From Macrostomum lignano (taxonomy: Eukaryota), in the NCBI GenBank assembly GCA_002269645.1, contig NIVC01000736.1:1-64000 (forward strand): a DNA stretch of 64,000 nt, in the 5' to 3' direction. Under the pieces are notes generated by a model that saw only the letters and a program-made list of their open reading frames with translations, was not told where the DNA came from and ran no database searches. A program made the position numbers and the translations under genes. How positions within the stretch are numbered: position 1 is the stretch's first letter; every line of letters starts with the position of its first letter. Positions 24,501-35,800 of the stretch are shown here, piece after piece.

Positions 24501-25335
24501 AGGCGGCGGGCAAGGGGGACAGGGGAGACGGGAGAGCCGAGGTGACGCGGCCACCGGATCAGTGGAGACGATAGCCCCGGCCTCTCCATGCGCCCGATTT
24601 TCCCAATTGGGATTTGGCCGGATTGGGGGGGGGGAATCAGCTCAGGCCTGGCTGGCAGATGCAGCTGATTAACTTGACAAGCCGCCCCAGACTCCGGCAC
24701 AGCCGGGGCCTTTCATATTTTTTCAACCCCACCAAAAAACAGAAATACGAAATGAAATGACCTGCGGGTGTTTAGTGCCTGAATTCTCTGATTATTGTCA
24801 GATGGCCAGCTGGGCTGCCTGGAGACTGGTGACTGCTAATGCGAGTTCCGGGATGGAGCTTCATTTGGCGGCAACCAAAGACAAAGTACTACTGCGAGTA
24901 GCAGCCACTCTGTACGAAGTAGATCCTCGGTGAAACTCTGCCCTATCATTACCGTGCCTGCCGGGGACTTCCAGTTCCAGCCTCCCAGATCCTCAGTTAC
25001 TACTCTCTGCATCTCAAAGCAAACAGAATCCAGGGCAGAAACACGGGACACAAGCAACATTAGGCCTCATCAGCTCTCCTGAAAATTAGTGTGCATCGAA
25101 CACAAAGCACAACTCTTTGTTATTCCCAGAATCATGGAAGCCTGAGGCCGCATCAAATTCTCTTCAGAGAATACACTGGAGAGAACAGGGACAGGCGGAC
25201 TGCTAATTGGGACACTCGGGACGATCAGAACTGCCTCGTGGGAGTCCCTGTGCATAACGCCACATTGTGAGGCCATTGTGGCTGCAAATAAACCTGCGGA
25301 TGCTGCAGATAGCAAGTAAAGAGCAAACAAAAACG

Positions 25336-25384
<49 letters not shown>

Positions 25385-25523
25385 GCCGCTCACCCAGCAG
25401 CAGCAGCTGAATGACCTTCTGGCTCAGCTTGAAGTCGGCTCTGACCTGCTTCTCGATCTCCTTGTTGATGCGGGCAGCGGCCGCAGCCTCAGTGTCGGCA
25501 GCTGGGCAGCAGGCGGTGGACAT
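15551..25523 (-). CDS. Heterotrimeric G protein alpha subunit, divergent Gs family, about 465 aa, 8 exons: 25523-25394, 22467-22395, 22305-22251, 17916-17672, 17504-17364, 17234-16777, 16240-16113, 15718-15551
   Basis: LLLLG|TGESGKST P-loop, [55 protein letters not shown]. All junctions are GT-AG and phase-consistent. The exon 6/7 junction is the least certain. Confidence 0.93.
15744..16040 (-). mobile_element. tRNA-derived SINE with CORE/Meta-like central domain and (TTA)n tail
   Basis: Minus strand: A box TAGCCTAGTGG, B box GGTTCGATTCCC, then gtgtccttgagcaagacattcaac...cacccagctgtaaaatggg, ending ttattattat. Confidence 0.8.
16371..16585. repeat. 22-bp minisatellite (acacacacgcaggcacgcactc)
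   Basis: About 9 copies in a G-alpha intron. Confidence 0.95.
18340..20199 (+). CDS. DEG/ENaC (ASIC/FaNaC-like) channel subunit, about 581 aa, exons 18340-19732 and 19847-20199
   Basis: SSAHG pre-TM1 HG motif, TM1 [23 protein letters not shown], and TM2 [25 protein letters not shown] with GxS filter. The in-frame stops between the two ORF-track pieces fall inside a 114-bp intron (CAG|GTGAGC ... ctgcag|GA) that restores the frame. Confidence 0.93.
20217..20462. repeat. GTGACAGGGGACT-type minisatellite, second locus
   Basis: Same unit family as 10482-10860. Confidence 0.93.
20460..21750 (-). pseudogene. Degenerate duplicated segment, copy 2; possible Roco (Roc-COR)-like pseudogene
   Basis: Minus-strand fragments in different frames: LLGDAANGK (P-loop-like), SREYCALKQ, and [19 protein letters not shown] (COR-like). 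Many stops. Confidence 0.3.
23727..24170. repeat. 36-bp minisatellite, about 12 copies
   Basis: Unit ccagggttataaactgcgccaaccccagccactaacaa-like. Confidence 0.95.
25338..25384. repeat. (GACA)n microsatellite
   Basis: At the start of G-alpha intron 1. Confidence 0.95.
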
Positions 25524-26019
25524 GCTGACTGGCAAGACGACTGGCTGCACAATCGATGATCAGGCTCAAGTAATCAGGGCGGGGGTTGGCGGCCAAATCT
25601 TGGGGTGCAGGTGGGCGGACGAATTGCTTAGGCAGATGGGGACCCGGCGCTCTAAAGCAGGCCGCCCAGCCGCTTATCTGCGCGGAATTGCGATGCGGCA
25701 CTGGAGGGAGAGGCAGCCGGGCGCGGGGCTCGCAGATACGCAGAGACCGGGCGGCCTGATTGGCTGATGGAGTTCGGCAACGGGGCTGCCGCACCTCACA
25801 GTGGTCCCTGCCAGCTTCGCAGGAAATGAGATCTCTGCTTCCCAGTTGCCTGTGAAGTCACGAGATTGCATGGGGGCGGCTGTGGTGAAGCAAACTTGTG
25901 CGCTGCATCAGTGAGCGTACATGAGCCTGAGATACCTGCCTTTTTGCTCAGAAGCACCACTCCTATCGTAGAGGGCTCGTATCGCGATACCCTTAATTCA
26001 CCGGAGCGAATTACGGATT

Positions 26020-26360
26020 CCCAGTATGAAGACTCATTCACGGGTGTTTTATATTCCCGGTATGAAAACTCATTCCAAGGACCACTAGAAGTTACCGTTG
26101 TACAGTGGTCCTTGACTCATTCCCAAGTGCTTTTGTTTCTCGGTATAAAGACTCATTCACCGGTGTTTTTAGATTCCCATTCCCGGTATGAAGACTCATT
26201 CACCAGTGTTTTTGCTTCTCGATATGAAGACTCATTCACCGGTGTTTTTTGATTCCTAGTATGAAGACACTCATTCAGCGGTGTTTTTGCTTCTCGTTAT
26301 GAAGGCTCATTCACCGGTGTTTGTAGATTCCTGGTATGAAGACTCGTTCACCGGTGTTTT
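26020..26360. repeat. Imperfect tandem repeat (tatgaagactcattcaccggtgtttt core)
   Basis: Several degenerate copies visible. Confidence 0.8.
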
Positions 26361-26906
26361 TAGACTCAGACTGACAACTGAGTCTAAATTAATAAACAAT
26401 TTTAAAGCATTTCATAAACTATTTATTTCATTAAATAATGGTCTTCTACTACTACTAACAGGCACACAATTTACTAAGGTAGTAGGCAGTGAGGCCTACG
26501 CAATGAACCAAGAAAAAAAACAATTGAAGGAAATCGCCGCCAGCTGAAGCCGCAGCAGAATTTATAGTTGAAGCGCAGAAACGACAGCAATAAATCAACT
26601 GAACACAGCGTCTTTGATCGCGGATAGATTAAATATATTTAATTGATAAAATCACTCTCATCTGGCTAAAAAAACTCATCCAACTTGATTCGTTGGTAAT
26701 CGATAAAAAATTTCTACAAAATTACACATTTAAAACATACAATGTCGCTGCCGCGATTGCAAACAGAGCAGAGCAATGAAAATCGGATTCCAGTGATAGT
26801 GCGGGTCCGGCTGTGAGCGGCGGGACATCCTGATTGCATGCATGGCTACTGACAGCATATTGGTGGATTCCTATTGACAAATTGTCAGCTCCCGGATTAG
26901 CGCTGG

Positions 26907-29900
26907 ATATCAGATAGATCTCTGACTGATAGATCAGATAGATCTCTGACTGATAGATCAGATAGATCTCTGCCTGGTAGATCAGATAGATCTCTGCCTG
27001 GTAGATCAGATAGATCTCTGACTGATAGATCAGATAGATCTCTACCTGGTAGATCAGATAGATCTCTGCCTGGTAGATCATATAGATCTCTGACTGATAG
27101 ATCAGATAGATCTCTGTCTGGTAGATCAGATAGATCTCTGACTGGTAGATCAGATAGATCTCTGACTGATAGATCAGATAGATCTCTGCCTGGTAGATCA
27201 GATAGATCTCTACCTGGTAGATCAGATAGATCTCTGCCTGGTAGATCAGATAGATCTCTGACTGATAGATCAGATAGATCTCTGACTGATAGATCAGATA
27301 GATCTCTGACTGATAGATCAGATAGATCTCTGATTGATAGATCAGATAGATCTCTGACTGATAGATCAGATAGATCTCTGACTGATAGATCAGATAGATC
27401 TCTGACTGATAGATCAGATAGATCTCTGACTGATAGATCAGATAGATCTCTGACTGATAGATCAGATAGATCTCTGACTGATAGATCAGATAGATCTCTG
27501 ACTGATAGATCAGATAGATCTCTGACTGATAGATCAGATAGATCTCTGACTGATAGATCAGATAGATCTCTGACTGATAGATCAGATAGATCTCTGCCTG
27601 GTAGATCAGATAGATCTCTGACTGATAGATCAGATAGATCTCTGACTGATAGATCAGATAGATCTCTGACTGATAGATCAGATAGATCTCTGACTGATAG
27701 ATTAGATAGATCTCTACCTGGTAGATCAGATAGATCTCTGCCTGGTAGATCAGATAGATCTCTGCCTGGTAGATCAGATAGATCTCTGACTGATAGATCA
27801 GATAGATCTCTACCTGGTAGATCAGATAGATTTCTGCCTGGTAGATCAGATAGATCTCTGACTGATAGATCAGATAGATCTCTGACTGGTAGATCAGATA
27901 GATCTCTGACTGGTAGATCAGATAGATTTCTGCCTGGTAGATCAGATAGATCTCTGACTGATAGATCAGATAGATCTCTGACTGATAGATCAGATAGATC
28001 TCTGACTGATAGATCAGATAGATCTCTGACTGATAGATCAGATAGATCTCTGACTGATAGATCAGATAGATCTCTGACTGATAGATCAGATAGATCTCTG
28101 CCTGGTAGATCAGATAGATCTCTGACTGATAGATCAGATAGATCTCTGACTGATAGATCAGATAGATCTCTGACTGATAGATCAGATAGATCTCTGACTG
28201 ATAGATCAGATAGATCTCTACCTAGTAGATCAGATAGATCTCTGCCTGGTAGATCAGATAGATCTCTGCCTGGTAGATCAGATAGATCTCTGACTGATAG
28301 ATCAGATAGATCTCTACCTGGTAGATCAGATAGATCTCTGCCTGGTAGATCAGATAGATCTCTGACTGATAGATCAGATAGATCTCTGACTGATAGATCA
28401 GATAGATCTCTGACTGGTAGATCAGATAGATCTCTGACTGGTAGATCAGATAGATTTCTGCCAGGTAGATCAGATAGATCTCTGACTGATAGATCAGATA
28501 GATCCCTGACTGGTAGATCAGATAGATCTCTGACTGATAGATCAGATAGATCCCTGACTGGTAGATCAGATAGATCCCTGACTGATAGATCAGATAGATC
28601 TCTGACTGATAGATCAGATAGATCTCTGACTGATAGATCAGATAGATCTCTGATTTATAGATCAGATAGATCTCTGACTGATAGATCAGATAGATCTCTG
28701 ACTGGTAGATCAGATAGATTTCTGCCTGGTAGATCAGATAGATCTCTGACTGATAGATCAGATAGATCTCTACCTGGTAGATCAGATAGATCTCTGCCTG
28801 GTAGATCAGATAGATCTCTGACTGATAGATCAGATAGATCTCTGCCTGGTAGATCAGATAGATCTCTGCCTGGTAGATCAGATAGATCTCTGACTGATAG
28901 ATCAGATAGATCTCTGACTGATAGATCAGATAGATCTCTGACTGATAGATCAGATAGATCTCTGACTGATAGATCAGATAGATCTCTACCTGGTAGATCA
29001 GATAGATCTCTGCCTGGTAGATCAGATAGATCTCTGCCTGGTAGATCAGATAGATCTCTGCCTGGTAGATCAGATAGATCTCTGACTGATAGATCAGATA
29101 GATCTCTGACTGATAGATCAGATAGATCTCTGACTGATAGATCAGATAGATCCCTGACTGGTAGATCAGATAGATCTCTGACTGATAGATCAGATAGATC
29201 CCTGACTGGTAGATCAGATAGATCCCTGACTGATAGATCAGATAGATCTCTGACTGATAGATCAGATAGATCTCTGATTTATAGATCAGATAGATCTCTG
29301 ACTGATAGATCAGATAGATCTCTGACTGGTAGATCAGATAGATTTCTGCCTGGTAGATCAGATAGATCTCTGACTGATAGATCAGATAGATCTCTGACTG
29401 GTAGATCAGATAGATCTCTGACTGATAGATCAGATAGATTTCTGCCTGGTAGATCAGATAGATCTCTGACTGATAGATCAGATAGATCTCTGCCTGGTAG
29501 ATCAGATAGATCTCTGCCTGATAAATCAGATAGATCTCTGCCTGGTAGATCAGATAGATCTGACTGATAGATCTGATAGATATCTGACTGGTAGATCAGA
29601 TAGATCTCTGACTGGTAGATCAGATAGATCTCTGACTGATAGATCAGATAGATCTCTGCCTGGTAGATCAGATAGATAGATCTCTGACTGATAGATCAGA
29701 TAGATCTCTGACTGATAGATCAGATAGATCGCTGCCTTATAGATCAGATAGATCTCTGACTGATAGATCAGATAGATCTCTGACTGATAGATCAGATAGA
29801 TCTCTGACTGATAGATCAGATAGATCTCTGACTGGTAGATCAGATAGATCTCTGACTGGTAGATCAGATAGATCTCTGACTGATAGATCAGATAGATCTC

Positions 29901-30408
29901 TGACTGATAGATCAGATAGATCTCTGACTGATAGATCAGATAGATCTCTGACTGATAGATCAGATAGATCTCTGACTGATAGATCAGATAGATCTCTGAC
30001 TGATAGATCAGATAGATCTCTGACTGATAGATCAGATAGATCTCTGACTGATAGATCAGATAGATCTCTGACTGATAGATCAGATAGATCTCTGACTGAT
30101 AGATCAGATAGATCTCTGACTGATAGATCAGATAGATCTCTGACTGGTAGATCAGATAGATCTCTGACTGGTAGATCAGATAGATCTCTGACTGGTAGAT
30201 CAGATAGATCTCTGACTGATAGATCAGATAAATCTCTGACTGGTAGATCAGATAAATCTCTGCCTGGTAGATCAGATAGATCTCTGACTGATAGATCTCT
30301 GACTGATAGATCAGATAGATCTCTGACTGATAGATCAGATAGATCTCTGACTGGTAGATCAGATAGATATCTGACTGATAGATCAGATAGATATCTGACT
30401 GATAGATC
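26907..30408. repeat. 24-bp satellite GATAGATCAGATAGATCTCTGACT, about 145 copies
   Basis: 3.5-kb array with recurrent variants (tgcctgg, tacctgg, gatccc). Confidence 0.98.
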
Positions 30409-31183
30409 AGCCAGACCCCAGGCTACAATGGTATGGCCGCGCAAAAATAAAAAAGCGGTGCACACAAACATTGATCTATCCGAGTCGCAAATCCAAAAGC
30501 AGTGCATAGTGCAGAAATACACAAATGACAAAAAAATTCTTCAAAAACAAAGCTAAACAAGCTGCTCAAATGGAGATCATCGCGAATACATAATTACAAG
30601 CAATATATTTATAATTATAAAAATAGATTAAAAATAGATTATTAATGAGTGAACTGATGCAGCAGAAGCATAAAAATGTAGACAAATAAATCTATATACT
30701 ACTGTGCAGTAGTGAACGCGAAATCGCAAAGCCCAACAAAAACTGAAGTCGGAAAGATTTCGTGGAAGACGCAGAAGTTGCACGGGTTGAGTTTCGGGCC
30801 CGGGGAAAAATTAACAGACTGAAAATTCTGGCGGAATCAGCGCACCGAAATCTTTGGGTCAGGGCTGGCGGCCCCCTTCAAATGTATAACAAAACTATAA
30901 ATAGCAGCATTCAAAAAGCAAGTCCTCTGGGATATCTGGAATTCCGAATGTACTATAATTATATAGATTTCCCGTAAAACTGACCCCCCGTTACAGACAA
31001 AGACCACTGCTACATGTAGAAGACTGCAAACTTGAAAATTACATAAATTTCTGAAGGCTCAATTTCGCTTAGGGATTTGTCTCTTTTGCATAGCACTAAA
31101 TAGGCAATTTATCGTCTCAAGGACATATGAAGGTCAAATACTTATATAGTAAAGTAATTTACATTTCCAGGTTACATCTGTAG

Positions 31184-31378
31184 ATGCATCCAAGTTGGCG
31201 CCTTCGGTGAGACATTAGCGCCAAGTTGGGGCCTTCGGTGAGACAATAGCGCCAAGTTGGCGCCTTCGGTGGGACATTAGCGCCAAGTTGGCGTCTTCGG
31301 TGGGACATTAGCGCCAAGCTGGCGCCTTTTGGTAAGACATTAGCGCCAAGTTGGCGCCTTGGGTGAGACAGTAGCGCC
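31184..31378. repeat. About 30-bp tandem repeat with internal palindrome GCGCCAA-G-TTGGCGC, about 7 copies
   Basis: Contiguous units, no unique spacers. Confidence 0.9.
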
Positions 31379-31542
31379 ATTACTACACAAAAATATCCTC
31401 AGCATCCCTGACTTCCAGGTTTTTGTTTTTTCTTTGTTTTCTCCGTGATTCTGAAGCGAAGTTAGGCCTTCAAAAATATGCACAGCTACAGGGCTCAGCT
31501 ACAGCTACAGGGCCAGCGTCAACCCCGCAGCAGCCCGAAGAG

Positions 31543-32864
31543 TCACCGGCGCCGGTGCACCGCCTGGCCCAGCACCAGCTCGCTGTCCTCGCTGACAATC
31601 GGCAGCCGGCTGTCGCAGTGGAAGCGGATCAGCTGCTCCACGCTGTCGAACACTCGGTCCCGGGTTCGAACCCGGCCCTCAGGGTCGATGAGCAGCAGGT
31701 GCTTGAACCTCGGCTGTCCGCCAGGACCCAAGCCGGACAGGCGGCCGCTCAGCACGAACTGTCCGGGCTGGCCGGACGCGGAGCGGACCAGATAGTCGCC
31801 CTCGGACTTCAGGAGGGCCTCCGCGTCGAGGCGGGTCACCAGGCCGTGGTACCACGGCTGTGAGAGCGACGGCTGCTCAGGCCCCGTCGCAGCGGTGTCG
31901 GCGGCTGCGCTGGGTGTCGGCACCAGGTAGGCGCTTGAAGCGGTGGCCGCAGCGGCGGAATCGATGCCGGCCGTGGCTGGCGCCAGGCGCGGCGGGAGCG
32001 CAGGAGCAGGCGCTTCTGAGCGATCAAAAGAATATAGTTAGCAAATTTCTATTATTTCTACTACCAGTAGAGGAGCTAACTTATACATGCGACTTTCTTT
32101 ATTTCTACTACCAGTAGAGAAGAATGAACATTCAGTAGAATAGTTTAACTTAAGCCTGGTTCAAAGTCATTGTAATTAGACAGATTTTTTAACCACGACA
32201 ACTAACTGCGGACTTCTGGCTTGACTGCTCAACACAAGGATTTACAGTTGATCAGAGAATCCGTGCTCACCCAAGCCGATGCCGCCTCTGCTGTCGTTCT
32301 GCTTGCTGCTGGGCTTCTGCTGAGCATCCGCGCTAGGAGTGAAGGCCGCCGGCTGATGGGCCGCCCCGTTCGTCCCGGGCCTCTGATGGGTGGATGGGCA
32401 GAGATGCTGATGCTGATGGTGACGGTGTTGATGATGGTAATGGTGATGGTGATGGTGTGATGATGATGATGGTGATGATGATGGTGATGGTGATGGTGTT
32501 GATGATGGTGATGATGATGGTGATGATGGTGATGATGATGGTGATGATGGTGATGATGATGGTGATGGTGATGGTGATGGTGTGATGATGATGATGGTGA
32601 TGATGATGGTGATGGTGTTGATGATGGTGATGATGATGGTGATGATGGTGATGATGATGGTGATGATGGTGATGATGATGGTGATGGTGACGGTGTTGAT
32701 GATGGTGATGATGATGGTGACGGTGTTGATGACGGTGATGATGATGGTGATGGTGTTGATGATGGTGATGATGATGGTGATGATGATGGTGATGGTGATG
32801 ATGATGGTGATGGTGTTGATGATGGTGATGATGATGGTGATGATGGTGACGGTGTTGATGATGG

Positions 32865-32895
<31 letters not shown>

Positions 32896-35800
32896 GATGG
32901 TGATGGTGATGATGATGGTGACGGTGTTGATGGTGATGGTGTTGATTATGGTGATGATGATGGTGATGATGGTGACGATGTTGATGATGGTGATGATGAT
33001 GGTGATGGTGATGATGATGGTGACGGTGTTGATGATGGTGATGATGATGGTGATGGTGATGATGATGGTGACGGTGTGATGATGATGGTGTTGATGATGA
33101 TGGTGATGATGATGGTGGTGATGATGGTGTGATGATGGTGATGATGATGGTGGTGATGATGGTGTGATGATGGTGGTGGTGACGGTGATGATGGTGGTGG
33201 TGACGGTGATGATGATGACGGTGTTGATGATGATGGTGATGATGATGGTGATGATGATGGCGTTTATGGTGATAATAATGATAGCGATGGCAGTAAATAA
33301 AACCTCAATGACATTTGGCTGTCTGTCAGATTCGACCACTCGATAAGCGAGCAGAGGGGCTGGCACACACAATTAACACTTGCAGCCCACACGGGTCCAA
33401 AATGTCAAGGCGTATCATTAACAAACTAAATTAGCGACGCAAATTGCACACAGTGAAGGTGTAGGACTACAGTGGAGGCTGGCCAAAGAAGATGAGGGGG
33501 GGGAAATACGCCAGTGTATCTCCATGTTTAGCTTATGCATGTAATTAGCCTAGAGAAATCAAACTCAATGCCTGGCTCGACAACTGTAGCCAACTTATTT
33601 AAGCTTTTGTGGCCTTCCAATTTGCTTTACACACCTGAATAGGATACACTTGGGCAGGCAGCTGCAGTGCCACAGCCACTTCCATGTATAAATTAATGAA
33701 TAAGATAACTGACTAAAGTTTATTTAGCCAATCAGAGACCCTAATTAAACAATTAGACATTGCTTAGGGTCACTTTAGCAGTCAAGTCTGTACGCAGCGC
33801 TCACTATGGCCCAGACAAATCCACAATCAGCAAAAGGTGCTGACAGATGCAGTGCCAACTCTCGGCTGCACATAACTGAGTTCAATCTCTCACAAGTGTA
33901 ACATAGTCTGTAGCTGCGGGTGGGGGCTACGACTGCCGGAAATTGTGAGGACATGATTTAATAAATTTACAATTATCTAACTAATGGCTGTGCTGTACAT
34001 TTTTTGTATCACCACGGGGTCTGGGAGAGTCTGTATAACAGCATGAGGATCTGGGAGAGTCTGTATGACAGCATGGGGATCTGGGAGAGTCTGTATAACA
34101 GCATGAGGATCTGGGAGAGTCTGTATAACAGCATGGGGATCTGGGAGAGTCTGTATAACAGCATGGGGATCTGGGAGAGTCTGTATAACAGCATGGGGGT
34201 CTGGAAGAGTCTGTATAACATGGGGATCTGGAAGAGTCTGTGTCCCAGCATGGGGATCTGGAAGTGTCTGTGTGACAGCATGGGGATCTGTGAGAGTCTG
34301 TATAACAGCATGGGGATCTGGAAGAGTCTGTGTCCCAGCATGGGGATCTGGAAGTGTCTGTGTGACAGCATGGGGATCTGAGAGTCTGTATAACAGCATG
34401 GGGATCTGGGAGAGTCTGTATAACAGCATGGGGATCTGTGAGAGTCTGTATGACAGCATGGGGATCTGGGAGAGTCTGTATAACAGCATGGGGATCTGGG
34501 AGAGTCTGTGTCCCAGCATGGGGATCTGGAAGAGTCTGTATGACAGCATGGGGATCTGTGAGAGTCTGTATGACAGCATGGGGATCTGGGAGAGTCTGTG
34601 TCCTAGCATGGGGATCTGGAAGAGTCTGTATGACAGCATGGGGATCTGGGAGAGTCTGTATAACAGCATGGGGATCTGGGAGAGTCTGTATAACAGCATG
34701 GGGATCTGTGAGAGTCTGTATGACAGCATGGGGATCTGGGAGAGTCTGTATAACAGCATGGGGATCTGGGAGAGTCTGTGTCCCAGCATGGGGATCTGGA
34801 AGAGTCTGTATGACAGCATGGGGATCTGTGAGAGTCTGTATGACAGCATGGGGATCTGGGAGAGTCTGTGTCCTAGCATGGGGATCTGGAAGAGTCTGTA
34901 TGACAGCATGGGGATCTGGGAGAGTCTGTATAACAGCATGGGGATCTGGAAGAGTCTGTGTCCCAGCATGGGGATCTGGAAGAGTCTGTATGACAGCATG
35001 GGGATCTGTGAGAGTCTGTATGACAGCATGGGGATCTGGGAGAGTCTGTGTCCTAGCATGGGGATCTGGAAGAGTCTGTATGACAGCATGGGGATCTGGG
35101 AGAGTCTGTATAACAGCATGGGGATCTGGAAGAGTCTGTATAACAGCATGGGGATCTGGGAGAGTCTGTACGCAGCGCTCACTATGGCCCAGACAAATCG
35201 GCAATCAGCAAAAGATGCTGACAGATGCAGGGCCAACTCTCGGCTGCACATAACTGAGTTCAATCTCTCACAAGTGTAACATAGTCTGTAGTTGCGGGTG
35301 GGGGCTACGACTGCCGGAAATTGTGAAGACTTTCTTTTTAGTACCAGCGTTTAAAACCCCTTACCAGCGTAGCTTGCGGAATGGCCTGCAGAGCAGGCCA
35401 TAGACTATTTTAGCATATTTTTTACACCCCCGTAGCCTGCGATAGCCGGCGGATTAGCTTATACTCGTAGCAGAAAAGGATAAACATGAAAGCAAAAAAC
35501 AAAGTGGTGTGGGGTTGATGGACGGGTGGGTGGGTATAAATGACACAGTAAAATTGTGGAATTCATCAAATCAAGAAAGCTTGAAGTTACATGATCAAAG
35601 TCAAGTGCTAATTAATTAATTGATTTATTTAATTAATTTGTTTGATTGATTAATTAATTAATTGATTGATTAGTTAATTAATTTGATCCGGATACCGACT
35701 CCGAACTACAGGAGGAGGAAGGCTGGCTAGCAGCGGACGAGGTTGAAGATGAAGAAGAGGAGGACCTGCATCTCCAGCCAAATGAAGACGCCAGAGGCTT

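Noticed and set aside
29737-30531. 264-aa SDLSVRDL-repeat ORF
   Set aside because: Satellite translation artifact.
31184-31378. CRISPR-like palindromic 30-bp repeats
   Set aside because: Units are contiguous with no unique spacers, no cas genes are present, and the context is eukaryotic. The same applies to the 36-bp and 41-bp arrays.
32242-33372. 376-aa Ile/Thr/His-rich ORF
   Set aside because: Translation of a (GAT/GGT)n array; only the last 112 bp are a plausible shc exon.
33977-35279. Long ORFs of 271-428 aa on both strands
   Set aside because: Products of a 30-bp minisatellite that lacks stops in several frames.
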